Positions 13,390-26,879 are shown, counted from the first letter of the stretch. The stretch: DNA of 64,000 bases from Octopus bimaculoides (GCF_001194135.2 NC_068987.1:67538688-67602687); one strand, 5' to 3'. A program made the numbers and translations. The notes: a model not told the origin generated them from the letters alone.

Positions 13390-13420
<31 letters not shown>
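13185..13420 (+). mobile_element. SINE family A with (ATT)n tail
   Basis: gagctagcagaaacgttag...ctgagttcaaattctgccg...ataaattaagtaccag...ccttgtgcctatagtagaaagg+(att)n. Confidence 0.8.
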
Positions 13421-13459
13421 GTAGTAGTAGTAGTAGTAGTAGTAGCAGTAGTAGTATTA

Positions 13460-13658
13460 TGGCGGTGAGCTGACTGAGTTGTCAGCAAGCCGAGCGAAAT
13501 GCTTATCGACATTTCGTCCTTCTTTACGTTCCGAGTACAAATTCCGCCAAGGTCGATAAATTAAGTACCAGTGAAATACTGGAGTCGATGTAATCGACTT
13601 ATCCCCTCCCCCAAAATAGCTGCCATTGTGGCATAATTTGAAATCATTATCATCATCA
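13460..13658 (+). mobile_element. SINE family A, second copy of a tandem pair
   Basis: ggcggtgagctg...gcgaaatgctta...gagtacaaattccgccaaggtcg...gtcgatgtaatcgacttatcccc. Confidence 0.8.
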
Positions 13659-14200
13659 TCATATATATATATATATATATATATANNNNNNNNNNNNNNN
13701 NNNNNNNNNNNNNNNNNNNNNNNNNNNNNNNNNNNNNNNNNNNNNNNNNNNNNNNNNNNNNNNNNNNNNNNNNNNNNNNNNNNNNNNNNNNNNNNNNNNN
13801 NNNNNNNNNNNNNNNNNNNNNNNNNNNNNNNNNNNNNNNNNNNNNNNNNNNNNNNNNNNNNNNNNNNNNNNNNNNNNNNNNNNNNNNNNNNNNNNNNNNN
13901 NNNNNNNNNNNNNNNNNNNNNNNNNNNNNNNNNNNNNNNNNNNNNNNNNNNNNNNNNNNNNNNNNNNNNCTTTTGAGTTGGTTCGAGCGAAAAAATAAAA
14001 GAAAAACAACTAAACTTATATAAATAGTATTGAAAGATTTCAGAAATTTCTAGCGATGATCGAGTTATATTAATGTATTTATGGGATTACTTCGTTATGA
14101 GATCGGATAAATATATTAGCAAAATACATAAGACTAAAGGATATAATTTACAGCATATAAAGCCGACATCATCTATATATCTTTTTCCACACCCCTGTAC

Positions 14201-14344
14201 TAAACTGGTACTTATTTATCGACTCCGAAAGGGATAAAAGACGAAGTTGACTCTGGCGAAATTTGAACTCAGAACGTAAGGACGGACGAAATGTCGCTAA
14301 ACATGATACCCGGCGTAGTAACGATTCTGCCAGCTCGCCGCCTT
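14201..14344 (-). mobile_element. SINE family A, 5' half
   Basis: Minus strand: aaggcggcgagctggcagaatcgttactacgccggg...gttctgagttcaaatttcgcc. Confidence 0.85.
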
Positions 14345-15697
14345 AATATTTGTGTATTAATATATCAAATCCCATTTCCTCAGGTTTTGATTTGCAGAAA
14401 AAAAAAAAAAACGTTACTGAGTGAAGATAAAGCAAACAATTTGTACCGACTTCAAATATATTTTATTTCGGAATTATAATTTTATGTATAATTTTAGATA
14501 AATTAAATCTGTAAATATTAATTTTGCACATACTTGACAATTGAACCATCCAAGAGTATCAAAATATTCACCGAATAATATTTGGACTAGTAACTTATAT
14601 TTTCCAAATGAAAGTATTTTGTACTTAAAGAATTTTTTATGTTTGGCCGACACAAAATGATATGATGAGAAATACATGTTAAAATTCCAGTGTGATTTCA
14701 AAGGTATTGGTACCGAAGTTCTGCAAATGAAGAAAACAAATAATCTAATGAATATTGGATTAATGAATACTGGTGACTCGAGGAGCAAATGAAAGAGTTT
14801 ATAAAACCTTTATGAATTTATCAAAGAAAAAAAATTAAAAAATCACAACAAACGTAAAATACAAACAACAAATGAGAAATAGAAGGTTAATAGATAAGAT
14901 TTAGTTTTCTAGATCAGTTAAACATTGCATTCGGTGAAGCATTACTGAATGTATTCTTGTGTGAAAGAGAGATTTATTAAACAAAGACAACTACATAGAT
15001 ATTACTTTGCCATCAATGAATCAACCAGAAAAGTGGAGAATGAATAAGTTGGTAACATGAAACGTTTAAAATATATATTAGCGAATGCCTCACTTGTCAA
15101 GGCTAACAAATATAAAGAAGAATGATAACTTTTCAAGAAAACAAGCGTAAATTGTAGAATATTTGACAAGAAATAATGCGCTGTCGAAATAATTACTGTG
15201 TTAGCAAAAGGAATATAAGAAACTAAACCACAATTTTCCGTTAACTACAAAGTATAAATTGCTTGAGTATTATTTCGGGTGAACAGGGCACAACGTTACA
15301 GAGAGACAAGTATTTTTTGCCAGCTTATGGCCTAACAAGCACAGAGTTCATATTAGAAAACGTTATAATATTCATATAACCTTGAAGACATACGATCAAT
15401 GGCAGAGATACAACATTCTTTGTGTAGATTACCGTGTATTTTATTCACAGAAGAGTGACATAAACGGAGGCTTAAGAATATGATGACATGAATGACTAAT
15501 CTGAGAAATTATATACGAATTTAACTAAGAACTCAGTACAGATTCTTACAATCTGACATGGCTTTCTTCTGAAAGACACCTTTTAATGCTCATTATAATA
15601 AACAGTCAACTTTGAGGCTTCTGCGTCTTTAGTTGTCGGGCTCTTCTGAATTTGATATATCTTGTTGTATTCTGGAATCAATACTAAAGTTCTCCTT

Positions 15698-15917
15698 AAG
15701 GCGATGAGCTGATAAAATCGTTAGCACGCCGAGACAAAAGCTTAGCAGCATATCATCCGTCTAACGTTCTAAGTCAAACTACACCAAGATCAGACTTTGC
15801 CTTTCATTATTTGGGGTTCGATAAAATAAGTGCCGGTTAAGTAGTGGGATCGATGTAATCGACTTACCTCCTCTTCCAACATTGTGAGCCTTGTACCAAA
15901 ATTTGAAGTTAATATTA
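15698..15917 (+). mobile_element. SINE family A, full length
   Basis: aaggcgatgagctg...atcgttagcacgccg...gatcgatgtaatcgactta...ccttgtaccaaaatttgaa. Confidence 0.85.
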
Positions 15918-16414
15918 AAGTTCTCTTATTTTACTCATTTTAAATGCAAAATTTTTATCTACTGCATTATATTATTTTTCTTTTTGTTTTTTTTTTTAGA
16001 CTGGTACAACGACACATGCCTAATCCATTTCAAATTTTTCTTTCCTTTGATTCTTCCATCGCTACTTAAGTAACAAGTGCACCTTTAAGTAAGAGACTGT
16101 TGGAAATATTTGTGTGTCTATTGTTGAGGATCACCGTTTCCTATTTTAAATTTTGTAGTTTTGTATATCCTCTAAGTGGTTTGATTTCGTTCTATTCTCA
16201 TGCAAGTAGCTATGAAGTAATACTCATTTTCACTTTTTGATCTTTGTCGACAGTACCTAGATGGTTCGGATTATTCTAATAATATTGATTTTTACTCTAA
16301 GACTAAGATGGCTATATTTGCAGTCATGCTGATGATGTGATTTCATCGTTCGGCTTTCCCACTGGACATTCTTCGGTTGCTCCACGGGAGAATATATCAT
16401 TATTGGTTATTAAG

Positions 16415-16434
16415 CCTAACCCTAACCCTAACCC
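16415..16434. repeat. Short (CCCTAA)n telomere-like tract
   Basis: cctaaccctaaccctaaccc. Confidence 0.8.
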
Positions 16435-16486
16435 ACCTAGCAAGAATCGTCGTGTTCAAAATTTTATTTTCTTATACACATATTAG

Positions 16487-16860
16487 ACACAGGTGAGGCT
16501 ATATGATAAGAAGTTTGCTTCCCGACCACATGGTTTCTGGTTCAATCCCAGTGCGTGGCTCCTTAGGCAAGTATCTTTTACTATAGTCTCAGGTTGATCA
16601 AAGCCTTGTGAGTGGACTTAGTAGACGGAAAATAAAAGAGACACGTCTAATGTGCATATGTGTGTGTGTGTGTGTGATTGACAACCGGTGTTGGCGTGTT
16701 TGCGCCCCCGTAACCTAACGGTTCGACAAAGTGACCAATAGAATAAAGACTAGGCTTGAAAAATAAATCCTGGGTTCGAATTGTTCGACAAAAGCGCTTG
16801 AAGGCGGTGCTCCAGCATGGCTGCAGTCAAATGACTGAAATAAAATTAAAGAATTAAACA
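16487..16860 (+). mobile_element. tRNA-derived SINE family B with internal (TG)n
   Basis: Head gataagaagtttgcttcccgaccacatgg..ggttcaatccc; body aaagccttgtgagtgga; tail gaaggcggtgctccagcatggctgcagtcaaatgactgaaa; matches 41262-41693. Confidence 0.85.
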
Positions 16861-17689
16861 ATATGACTCGTATGTTACTCTTTAGTCATATTTCCAATTG
16901 ATTTTCTGGTCTGCTATTTGTAGTATTCTGCACGCTTCCTAGGGTCTGATTTTCTTGTGTCCTGTTATAAATATCTTGATCTTGCCTTCTTAAGACCGCC
17001 TTCGTTATTTACTTTCTCAATGATTATAGTTTTACGGTTTTATTCTTACTGAAAGTTGTGCGTTCTATAAGTATTTTCACGAACTTATCCATTTTAGTGA
17101 TATTTCTATACCTTATATAGTTTTGAAGTTATTTAGTCTGTTAGAATCTAAAGTTTCATTTTATTTTATCATCAAATATAAGTGTATAATTTGGTATTAC
17201 AGTATTGTAAGCGAGTAACTTTGTAATTGTTCTCTTATCCTGCACATTCGTATGAATTTTATCTTACTCTATTGTTGTGAGACTTGAGTAATGACATTAT
17301 TAAATTTACTACTCATAGCTTGAGAATAAAACAATAGTTAAATAGCTTAAGAAGTTGTCTGAGAAGGATAAACTTCGTTATGTGCAGCGTTTTGTTTTAG
17401 TTTTGTATTATCTATTCTACTGAAAGCATTTTATTTAATATACGCGGAGTAACTAATATGAGAGCAGGATTCCTGGTGGTTTGATTATTGGGTCATGATC
17501 ATTAGTTCATAGGTCAATTTCACGACTAGAAGGTGGGTTTTACTCTTGAGAAAGGCATTTCCTTCCACTTTGCTCCAATATACACAGCTTAATACCAAGT
17601 TAGCACTTCTATTCTCCTTTCTCTCTCCATCTGTCACATACACGATATTCCGCTGACTGAACAAGCAGCAAACCCAATGTAGTTTTTCA

Positions 17690-18150
17690 GTCATCGCATA
17701 CTGGGTATCTATATTTCCAAGCGTTTATTTGGTTAATTTCTCCAAATGTTTTGCGATTTATCATCACATATCGTCGTTTAATTAGATGACATGGTCTTTC
17801 CAAATAATTCTTAGCAACAATATCCGGTCGAATCATCCTTTATAACCATATCCGTGTGAACTGGGCTGCCCCAATATTGTGTTGCTTTGTCATTCTCTCA
17901 GGACTCTTCTGACAAACATCTACAACACATTTTCTTCACTCATTACATTTTAATGCTGACATAACTTCTAGGGAATAAATGACCTACAATCTGAAATACC
18001 TATATGTGTAATATTTCAATACTGAGCAACCAGAGACAGCATGGATAAGTATTATTGATCAATATATATTCCGCATTTATTTGATGTATTTTACTTCTTT
18101 GCATAATTTTTGTCGTTTCTGATGAAACCGCATTCACACTGCTCAACGAT
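17690..18150 (-). pseudogene. Possible very decayed RTE-like RT C-terminal fragment
   Basis: Minus strand has MFVRRVLR, resembling the RTE C-terminal C(L)RR(I)L motif; little other support. Confidence 0.2.
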
Positions 18151-18379
18151 ATATCATATCACAGTCTCAAATTTTGGTTCTATGTGTGACTGCTACAACT
18201 TTCTGTACTTAAGTTCACCTTTTTCATTATGTTTTTTGCAGTGGTTATGAATGATTTTTTCTTGCTAATACATTCTCTAGCATTTTTTAGCTTACATTTT
18301 TGTCTTTTTCCCACAAGTTTACCGTTTCTCCATATGCCTCATATGTCTGTGGTAAATGGGTCACTTGTATGTATTAAAA

Positions 18380-18380
<1 letters not shown>

Positions 18381-18431
<51 letters not shown>

Positions 18432-18954
18432 GACGTCGCACAGCATACAATATTGTGAGTTTATTGGTTGAAGATATTGTGTCTACCTGGGGTTTGTACT
18501 GTTTGTGAAGTCACAAGTACCTCAGACAGACTACTTTACGCAATATGTGTGCAGTTCCAAGGTAATGCCGACTTTTGCAATACATCTAAACTGTAGGGTA
18601 TTTCTAAGGTTTTCTGATGTTTCTTCAGATTGGGTGGTATTGAATCCAATGCTCCGATGACAATAGGGATAACCTTTATGTTTGACTCTCGTAGCTGCCG
18701 CATCTTAGCGATCTCAATTCTCAGGTCTCCATATTTATCAACCTTTTCTCTTTCTTTCATGATGATGTGTTGATCTCCTAGCAGTGCCACGTCAATTATC
18801 AGGTACTCTTGCTTGTGCCCCCTAAAGGTTACTATATCCGACCTTCGGTGCTCTAACACCTTGTTTCTCTAGAAATCAAAGTCCCAGAGGATTTTGTCTT
18901 CACCCTGTTCATCCATTACCTTTTCCCATTTTATTATTATTATTATTATTATCC

Positions 18955-19035
<81 letters not shown>
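18381..19035 (-). mobile_element. Dong/R4-like RLE LINE 3' end (about 500 bp) embedded in a (TAA)n microsatellite
   Basis: Minus strand: KILWDFDF*RNKVLEHRRSDIV...LIIDVA...EKVDKYGDLRIEI...VIPIVIGAL...VLQKSAL, short 3' UTR; (ATT)n at 18381-18431 and (TTA)n at 18931-19035 flank it. Confidence 0.88.
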
Positions 19036-19036
<1 letters not shown>

Positions 19037-19240
19037 GACTGCGGGTTGGCAGAATATTTAACATTCCGGACAAAATGTGCAGAGGCATTTCGTCTGTCTT
19101 TACTTTCTGACTTCAAATACTGCTGAAGTTCACTGCCTTTGATCCTTACTATGTGAATGAAACAAGTACTGGCCAAGCACTGGGATCGATGTAATCGACT
19201 ATCCCGCTCCTCCAAAATTTCAGGCTTTGTGACTATAATT
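19036..19240 (+). mobile_element. SINE family A
   Basis: gggttggcagaatatttaacattccggacaaaatg...gatcgatgtaatcgactatccc...aaaatttcaggctttgtg. Confidence 0.8.
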
Positions 19241-19699
19241 CTCCACCGCGTTCCTTTACCCTGGAAGGCAAGCAATTATATTCTGTCTCGAGGTTATAGT
19301 AAAAGAGGTAGTGCGATGCACTAAGCCGAAAGGACTGAGACAAACTATTTGCTGTTGTCCTATAATCTCGCATTAGTTTATTATTTTTTTTAATGCTACT
19401 TAGATACAAAAATGGATGGTGGAAATACGAGGTGAGCAAGAGCGGAGAGAAAGGATCAAATGAATGAGTTTACACTCAAGATGGGTTTGTATGCCATAAG
19501 AGAGAGAGCTGGAAGTGGGCAGTTACATGTAATGTAAGACGAGATTCATGTTACAGGATATTTTTTCATCTTTCCTTTTATGATTATACAGTTCTCTCAT
19601 GCGGCTGTTTTACTACGCATAAATGATTCTGTAGAATGACTACCAACTTGTAACTTCGAATTACAATGATTTCTCTTACATCGCACGCGTGGAAAATAA

Positions 19700-19960
19700 A
19701 CAGTCTTTCTTTCCTCCACCTCCTCCTCCTCCTCCTCCTACTACTACTACTCCCTCCTCTCCCCACCACCTACTCCTCTCTTCCACTCCCCTCTCCTCAT
19801 CTCTTCCCCTCCTTCTCCTTTTCTCTCTTCCCCTCTTTCTCCTTCTCCACCTCCTCATACTACTACTACTACTACTACTACTTTTCCTCTTGTCTTCTCT
19901 TCCCCTCCTTCGCCTCCACCTCTTCTGCCCCGCTTTCTCCTTGTTGTTGTCATTGCTATT
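19700..19960. repeat. Polypyrimidine / (CCT)n / (ACT)n low-complexity tract
   Basis: Directly visible; produces poly-P, poly-L and poly-R pseudo-ORFs. Confidence 0.9.
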
Positions 19961-20237
19961 TGCTTCATTTCGTACCGAGCGTAATTTTTTCCACTTATTC
20001 CTTTTTTCGTCCCTTTGGGGCAAATTGGCTCCTTATAATAGAGTTTTTAGTTCAAGTTGTTATTTTCTGTCGTAAATTAACAACATGGCGGAAAGGCAAA
20101 AACAGAAATGAGGACACGTGTTGCAAGAATCCCGCCTACATCAGATTTGTGTGCTGAAAAACCACGCTTCTACACACAAGCACACACACGCACACACGCA
20201 CACACACACATACATACACACACACAAACACACACAA

Positions 20238-20268
<31 letters not shown>

Positions 20269-20959
20269 TACACTACAGACACACACACAAACATACACAA
20301 ACACACACACACATACACACGCACACAAAATGTAAGTCAAAATCATCATACTAAAAAATTGTTAACGATGTATCTAGTGTTTCTTCTGCAAATAAGTGCA
20401 TATTGTAAGTCTCGCACAATAATAGTAACAATAAAAATGGTAACGACGACAACATGCAGCTTTCTCCTCACATGTTTGCTAATATCATGTCAGACAAAAA
20501 AGCTTTTGTCTCGAGTGCTTCTTGGCTTCTGTGTCGTCAAAATTCCTCTTTCTCCCGCACCAAATTTTCTCAGAGTACGAGAAAGCCATTATCTGTATCC
20601 CTTAACATTAAGCAACAGCGGCACCCCTCAGTCATCTTGTAATGCAGATTAAGTAATGGTAGTGGAGGAAACTAGTAACCTAATCTACTTATGTTTCACG
20701 TCTTTTGTGTGCCCTTTTAAAATGAAGTGAAACTTGTGGCTGGTGCATTGAATAATATTTTATTTACTGAACGAGGTAAAATGTACGACACTACAATATA
20801 TGTATTCCATTCTGGCCTGACAACAGAGCCAAGGGAAGCGAACTGGTAAATCTATACACGCCCATACTCTTGTAGTACAATTACATATATCAACGCAACA
20901 CAAGTGTGACAGTGAGCTCTTTGCCTTTAACACCAGTCCTTGGCGCGCCGTCACCTTTG

Positions 20960-21900
20960 TGGTTCAAAAGTATGTTGAGTTGAAGTAACGATGAAGGACG
21001 TGTAGTAGGGAGGAGTCAGCGCAAATCTGCTCGCCGTCATGACTCAACAAAAGAACAAGGACTTTATAGAATTGTCCTCATTGGGTGCAAAAATATAACC
21101 AGTGAGACTGACAGCTGAGCACAGTCAGCCATGCTGTCATACGCTTGGTAGCAAGAAGCATTTCAGAATTTTCAGCGTCGAGAATCATTGGTAAAAGTAC
21201 AATAAACTTGAAGGAAACAACAGTAACAGAAACGGCCGCAACTACAAGAACGAAGATGAAGACCGGGAAGCTAACATTCTAACAGCACCAACGAAATTGA
21301 CAGAGGTACTTTCTTCGTCTTCAGTCTTAAGGGCTAATGAAGAAGCTGATATCCATTTCTCAACCATGGCCATTTTAGAATGGGGAGAGAAGAAAGGCTG
21401 TATCAACAGCAACAGTAGCAAATGTCCGTCCCAAAACACTAAGGATCAAGGATGCCACTAAGTCATCTTGTGAAGATGGATAGGGGATGGTAGCAGAAGA
21501 AATATTCCAAACCGTAGAAAAGAAAAGCTTCCCGATAGGAAAGTAAAATACCAATAGAAGGAAAAAAATACGAAAAAGGTTGAGCTCGGAGGAGTTACCT
21601 CGAGAAGGTGCAAGAGCTAGATGTGTGCCTCAGAGCAACGATAAAGACGTTGACGAGTAGGGCGATAAATTGTGAGTCACTTTCTTTTGAAGATTAAATG
21701 AACATTTAAGAGACAGAATAATGAACCTGAGGTGCAAGAGGATGTATAATAAGGCAGACGCAGCTGGAGCGGGAACAAAGGAGGTACATAACGTTTCATT
21801 GCCAAGTATAAGTATACAAAGATATTACAAGTACATGAAACAGATGTATCCTAAAGACGCAGATTGTTATCTACCTCAAATCATTCAGAAATGTTAATGG
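20960..21900 (+). pseudogene. Possible decayed non-LTR ORF1 remnant
   Basis: Purine-rich, GC-richer island; fragment ...AEEIFQTVEKK...TKKVELGGVT loosely parallels EEEAKHSL...RAKIIIQQVPP at about 45.5 kb. Confidence 0.3.
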
Positions 21901-22529
21901 ATAGATTTGGGTGTGCGAGACAATGTTTTCTGTTGTGCGTTCAAATCTTATCGGAGTCAACATTTCCTTTCATACTTACGAATGAAAATTGTAACAATAA
22001 AAATACTGGGTTCCATTCAGTATATTACAAATCCGAAATCGAATTCCCTTCGACAGTCATAGCACGTATTCAGATTCATTCTAGCCACTACTGCGACAAC
22101 ACTGATACAATCCTGACTTAGTATTTGACATGACTTTGGGACAAAACGGTCTCAAAGAAAGGGCAATCATGCTGTATGAACACTTGGAGACCAAGGTTTT
22201 TTTTTCAAGTCCTGCACCCAAGAAATTAATGGGAACTGTTGTCCTCACGGCATGATACCAAAACAGGATGAAGGAAGATTTCCAGAAGCAGGTCCTTTGT
22301 GTCACGAGACAAACGGATGCAAATGATTACTTGTGATATTTCTTTTAATTAAAAGCATTTTTCAAATTAACTAGTAGTAACTACTAAAACATTTATTTTA
22401 TTTTCTATTTTACTGAGATTCGCGGCGTCAAGCTGTATGTATATCATCTTTATTGCAAGTAGAGTGAAGAAGATAAAAAGAAACAGAAATATATAAACGT
22501 AAATGATATCTAAACAACAAACTAATAAT

Positions 22530-22573
22530 AATACTGCTGCTGCTGCTGCTGCTGATGATGATGATGATAATAA

Positions 22574-22632
<59 letters not shown>

Positions 22633-22700
22633 ATAATGATAATAATAATAGTAATAATAAAGATGATGGTATGATGATGACGATGATGATAATAATAATA
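22530..22700. repeat. Compound trinucleotide array (GCT)(GAT)(AAT)(AGT)n
   Basis: Directly visible. Confidence 0.95.
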
Positions 22701-23619
22701 TATTGATTTCGACATAAGAGCATCATCACATAAGGAGAAGGGAAAAAACTAATTAACCGGAAATGAGAAGACGTAAAAAGAACAAGAAATACAAGCACTG
22801 GTACACATGTACATACAGCTACAAATACACACACACACACACACACATACATATATATATACACACGCATACACATATATATGTATATATCAGTATATAG
22901 ATACGCTAACGCAGGCACAGTAAGAGAGACACGCATATATATATATATACATATATATGCATAAAGGGAGGTGGAATGAGAGTGTGGGAGAGAGGAGATA
23001 ATAAAAGATTCCTAACGTTAGACATTCAAAGTTAAAGAAAATATTATAACAAATTGTACAAAGTATAGTGTAATATATTAGCTACAAATAAACAGCAAAA
23101 AGCATTTGAAGAAATTTATAAAAATGTCAAAGCAGAGACGGAACTAATTTATGTTTTAAGATTTACGGTAGTTGTGGAGGCAGTAAGTTGGTGAAGAATG
23201 AAATACTAGCAGGTTTTTCAGGAGCTGAACAGAAGTATACCATGCACATTCACACTCGCACAGACATGCATATACACATATGCATACACAAAGAACACCA
23301 CACATAATGACATATATTCTTCCACACTATATGAATGTAATATTTTATAGGTAAAATACATAAAATCATATATTTAACTTCTTTTTACTCTCACGTCCCC
23401 TTTACGTGTACACACACATATTTATATATACGTGTGTGTGTGTATGTGTGTGTGTGTGTGTGTGCATACATTTATTTTTACAAATGGAAGGATCTAGGAC
23501 TTAATACATGTTATAAAGTTTATATATATAGATTAAGTCTTGTGAGTTGCTTCAATGTTACTTGAATATTCAGACATGTATACTTAAGTGCAAGCTATCA
23601 GACAATATTTTATAAATGA

Positions 23620-24900
23620 TCATAGGCAAGCCAATCCTTAATAGCTCAGTTGGGTCATGTGACATAAATTGTATCTTGTGCTGAAAGTAGTCTACCTGTC
23701 CTGTTATGGAAGGTTGTCGAAGTGGCTTGCTAGCAGAAGTATTCGAAGAAGGAAAAATTAGGGTTGGATTTGGACGAATTTTGCGACGGAGTGAAGTTTA
23801 ACGTACGGCACTTGAGCGATGGTATTTTAGAACTAGAATCTGTCGTGGTGGATCAATATGGAATAGAAAGTCTTAAAATATACAGCTAAAAGGAGCTAGG
23901 TGAGGTCAAAGAGGAATAAATAGCTGAAGCAGTGATGAACGTGGCTGGTATCACTGAAGAGTGACGGAAAGGCTGCTTGCAACCATGAGAAAAGTTTGAT
24001 ATTTGGTATTGAGGAAAAGGAGAGTGTAGGCCTTATGGATCTTGTAACGGTAGTTAGCAGAGACATCGTGTAGGGACGGTGCTAGTCTTGTGATTGTGTA
24101 CGGGAGGAGTGATAACAGGCGGAATCGATGTAAATTGGTGTGGTAACATGAGCTGCTGTATGGGGTTTAGTTTACAGTAGAATGGAAGGTTAAGGAGTCT
24201 TTGAACCACCTTGGAATAGCAGCAGTTAAACCGATTTTATGATAAGGTCATGTCTGTCCTTAGGTGGAAAGAGTGCAGTGAGTTCAATCCGAAAATGGCT
24301 TGATTCTCCTAAACGCTTTTGAAACTCAAAACGGTATAGTGTTGGCACAAACTGGGAAAAAAGATCTAGGATCTTGAGCTTTATTTGGCCGAGTGTCCAA
24401 TGGATGAATGTGGGAAAAATCGGTGAAACAGTCAGTGGTGTTTCTTTTCCAAGCTTTCTCCAATGAAAAACACGCAGCTTGGTTAGCGGTTGGAACCACA
24501 AGATGGATCTGAACCTGGAATTCATCAGCAAGTAGTTTCAGTTGAATGACACAAGGGATCGACTGCTTAACCTTTGACTGAGAATTTAGAACAAATATAT
24601 TAACAAAATGTGAATCTGCGAACAATAGAGAGGTCAGCTATCATCCTATGGGCTACGAAAGAAGATGAATACAATTAGATTGATTTGACATATGAAAGGG
24701 GCAACGAAATACGTTACGAGAGGGGTGCCGATAGAAGATAAATTAGACAGATGTGATAAATATCACGTTCGAAGGGCAAATCACTTCTCCATCTCAATAG
24801 ATCGTACCTCCACCCATTTAAAAATTTTAAGCCTCAGTGCCTCTTTCCATTTAAACATCACGTTTGGCGCTTCAGGTTCTTTGCAATGATATCCGTTGTG
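23620..24900 (-). mobile_element. CR1/Jockey-group LINE ORF2 fragment (APE endonuclease and downstream region), heavily decayed
   Basis: Minus-strand motifs in the expected order: LPFERD, VFIFFRSP (YRSP motif), FPTFIH...KILDLF...LGESSHFRIEL (LDL...LG.SDH motif). Confidence 0.6.
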
Positions 24901-25452
24901 ATGTAAGACCGGAATAAATTTACTATTTATTTCGTCATCGAATCATGATCTAGTCTAGAACCAGTTATCTCTTCTACGCCACTAAATTCCTTCTTGACAC
25001 ACTTGCTTTCGTTCTAATGGCAACGTTTGATAACAGGTCACTGATATAACCATTAGATTCGAATCGGGATGAAACTACGTAAACCGGTTTAGTAAGTTGA
25101 GCTCCAAACCTTTACGCATCTTAACCGCCTCACACAGAACCATACAACTACTGAACCGGTTACAAAATATTACTGCAGTTATCATCCTTACTTATAAATA
25201 ATCGAGTTGCCTTAATTTAGAAACACATCTTGACCTTCAAAATGCATTGTACATACATACATACATACATACATACATACATACATACAAAGTATGGGGG
25301 TTTAGTTCACAGGTAATCTACACGATTAGGTATGCTAGGTAAGTAGTGTAATGGATTACTAGGTTTGCAAGACTGAATTTTTTCCAATAATAACATTGTA
25401 TACGACATAAGATGTATGTCTTGCCTTAATATTTGTTGTCCTCTTTAACTAG

Positions 25453-25486
<34 letters not shown>

Positions 25487-26385
25487 ACATACATACACNN
25501 NNNNNNNNNNNNNNNNNNNNNNNNNNNNNNNNNNNNNNNNNNNNNNNNNNNNNNNNNNNNNNNNNNNNNNNNNNNNNNNNNNNNNNNNNNNNNNNNNNNN
25601 NNNNNNNNNNNNNNNNNNNNNNNNNNNNNNNNNNNNNNNNNNNNNNNNNNNNNNNNNNNNNNNNNNNNNNNNNNNNNNNNNNNNNNNNNNNNNNNNNNNN
25701 NNNNNNNNNNNNNNNNNNNNNNNNNNNNNNNNNNNNNNNNNNNNNNNNNNNNNNNNNNNNNNNNNNNNNNNNNNNNNNNNNNNNNNNNNNNNNNNNNNNN
25801 NNNNNNNNNNNNNNNNNNNNNNNNNNNNNNNNNNNNNNNNNNNNNNNNNNNNNNNNNNNNNNNNNNNNNNNNNNNNNNNNNNNNNNNNNNNNNNNNNNNN
25901 NNNNNNNNNNNNNNNNNNNNNNNNNNNNNNNNNNNNNNNNNNNNNNNNNNNNNNNNNNNNNNNNNNNNNNNNNNNNNNNNNNNNNNNNNNNNNNNNNNNN
26001 NNNNNNNNNNNNNNNNNNNNNNNNNNNNNNNNNNNNNNNNNNNNNNNNNNNNNNNNNNNNNNNNNNNNNNNNNNNNNNNNNNNNNNNNNNNNNNNNNNNN
26101 NNNNNNNNNNNNNNNNNNNNNNNNNNNNNNNNNNNNNNNNNNNNNNNNNNNNNNNNNNNNNNNNNNNNNNNNNNNNNNNNNNNNNNNNNNNNNNNNNNNN
26201 NNNNNNNNNNNNNNNNNNNNNNNNNNNNNNNNNNNNNNNNNNNNNNNNNNNNTGAAGCAATATAATGAGAATTGTTAAAGGAAATCTTAAAACAAGCTGT
26301 TAGCTGACAATTAAAGGGGCAAGCCACTAGTAGACCATTGATAATGATACAAGGGAAATTTTATCATGGGTACTATAGTTAAATA

Positions 26386-26879
26386 TTTTAAACAATATTG
26401 TCATATTGTATAAAGTTAAAATTTAGGGCTATTCAGAAGGTTGTTAAGAATAAAATGTGTTGAATACTTTTGAGTATTTTAAACTAAAAATTGTTTATTT
26501 ACTTATTTTCCTTGTATCAATAAAGACTGATACCTGGTATTAGCTAAAGGAATATTCATGTTATAGGATATGTTAATTATATACTAATTATGAACTAAGA
26601 AGTATATTATAGGTTTTAAAGTTATTTGTGTTACTTCATACATAATATTATAGTTTCTTAGGGGTACTTAATTAGAAGGGCTGCTTACATAAAGGCCCTT
26701 ATAAATATTAACGTCAGGACGGTGGAACGCCTTAAGACAGGGGTAAATAAAGTAATTACGAAAACCATTTTAAACAATATTGCCATATTGTATAAAGTTA
26801 AAATTTAGGATTATCAAGGAGATTATTAAGAAGAATATTATAACAAAAGGATAAAATTTATTTGAATACTTTTGAGTAT
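26386..26879 (+). repeat. Imperfect direct repeat, about 90-110 bp, period 382 bp
   Basis: ttttaaacaatattg(t/c)catattgtataaagttaaaatttagg...ttgaatacttttgagtat at 26386-26477 and 26768-26879. Confidence 0.9.

Noticed and set aside
11301-18930. One R4/Dong element split by insertions
   Set aside because: On the minus strand the 3' piece (18.9-18.4 kb) precedes the 5' piece (12.6-11.3 kb), which is the wrong order for a single element
20780-20875. VRHYNICIPFWPD as a tyrosine-phosphatase WPD loop exon
   Set aside because: An in-frame TAA lies immediately upstream and there is no usable acceptor in that frame
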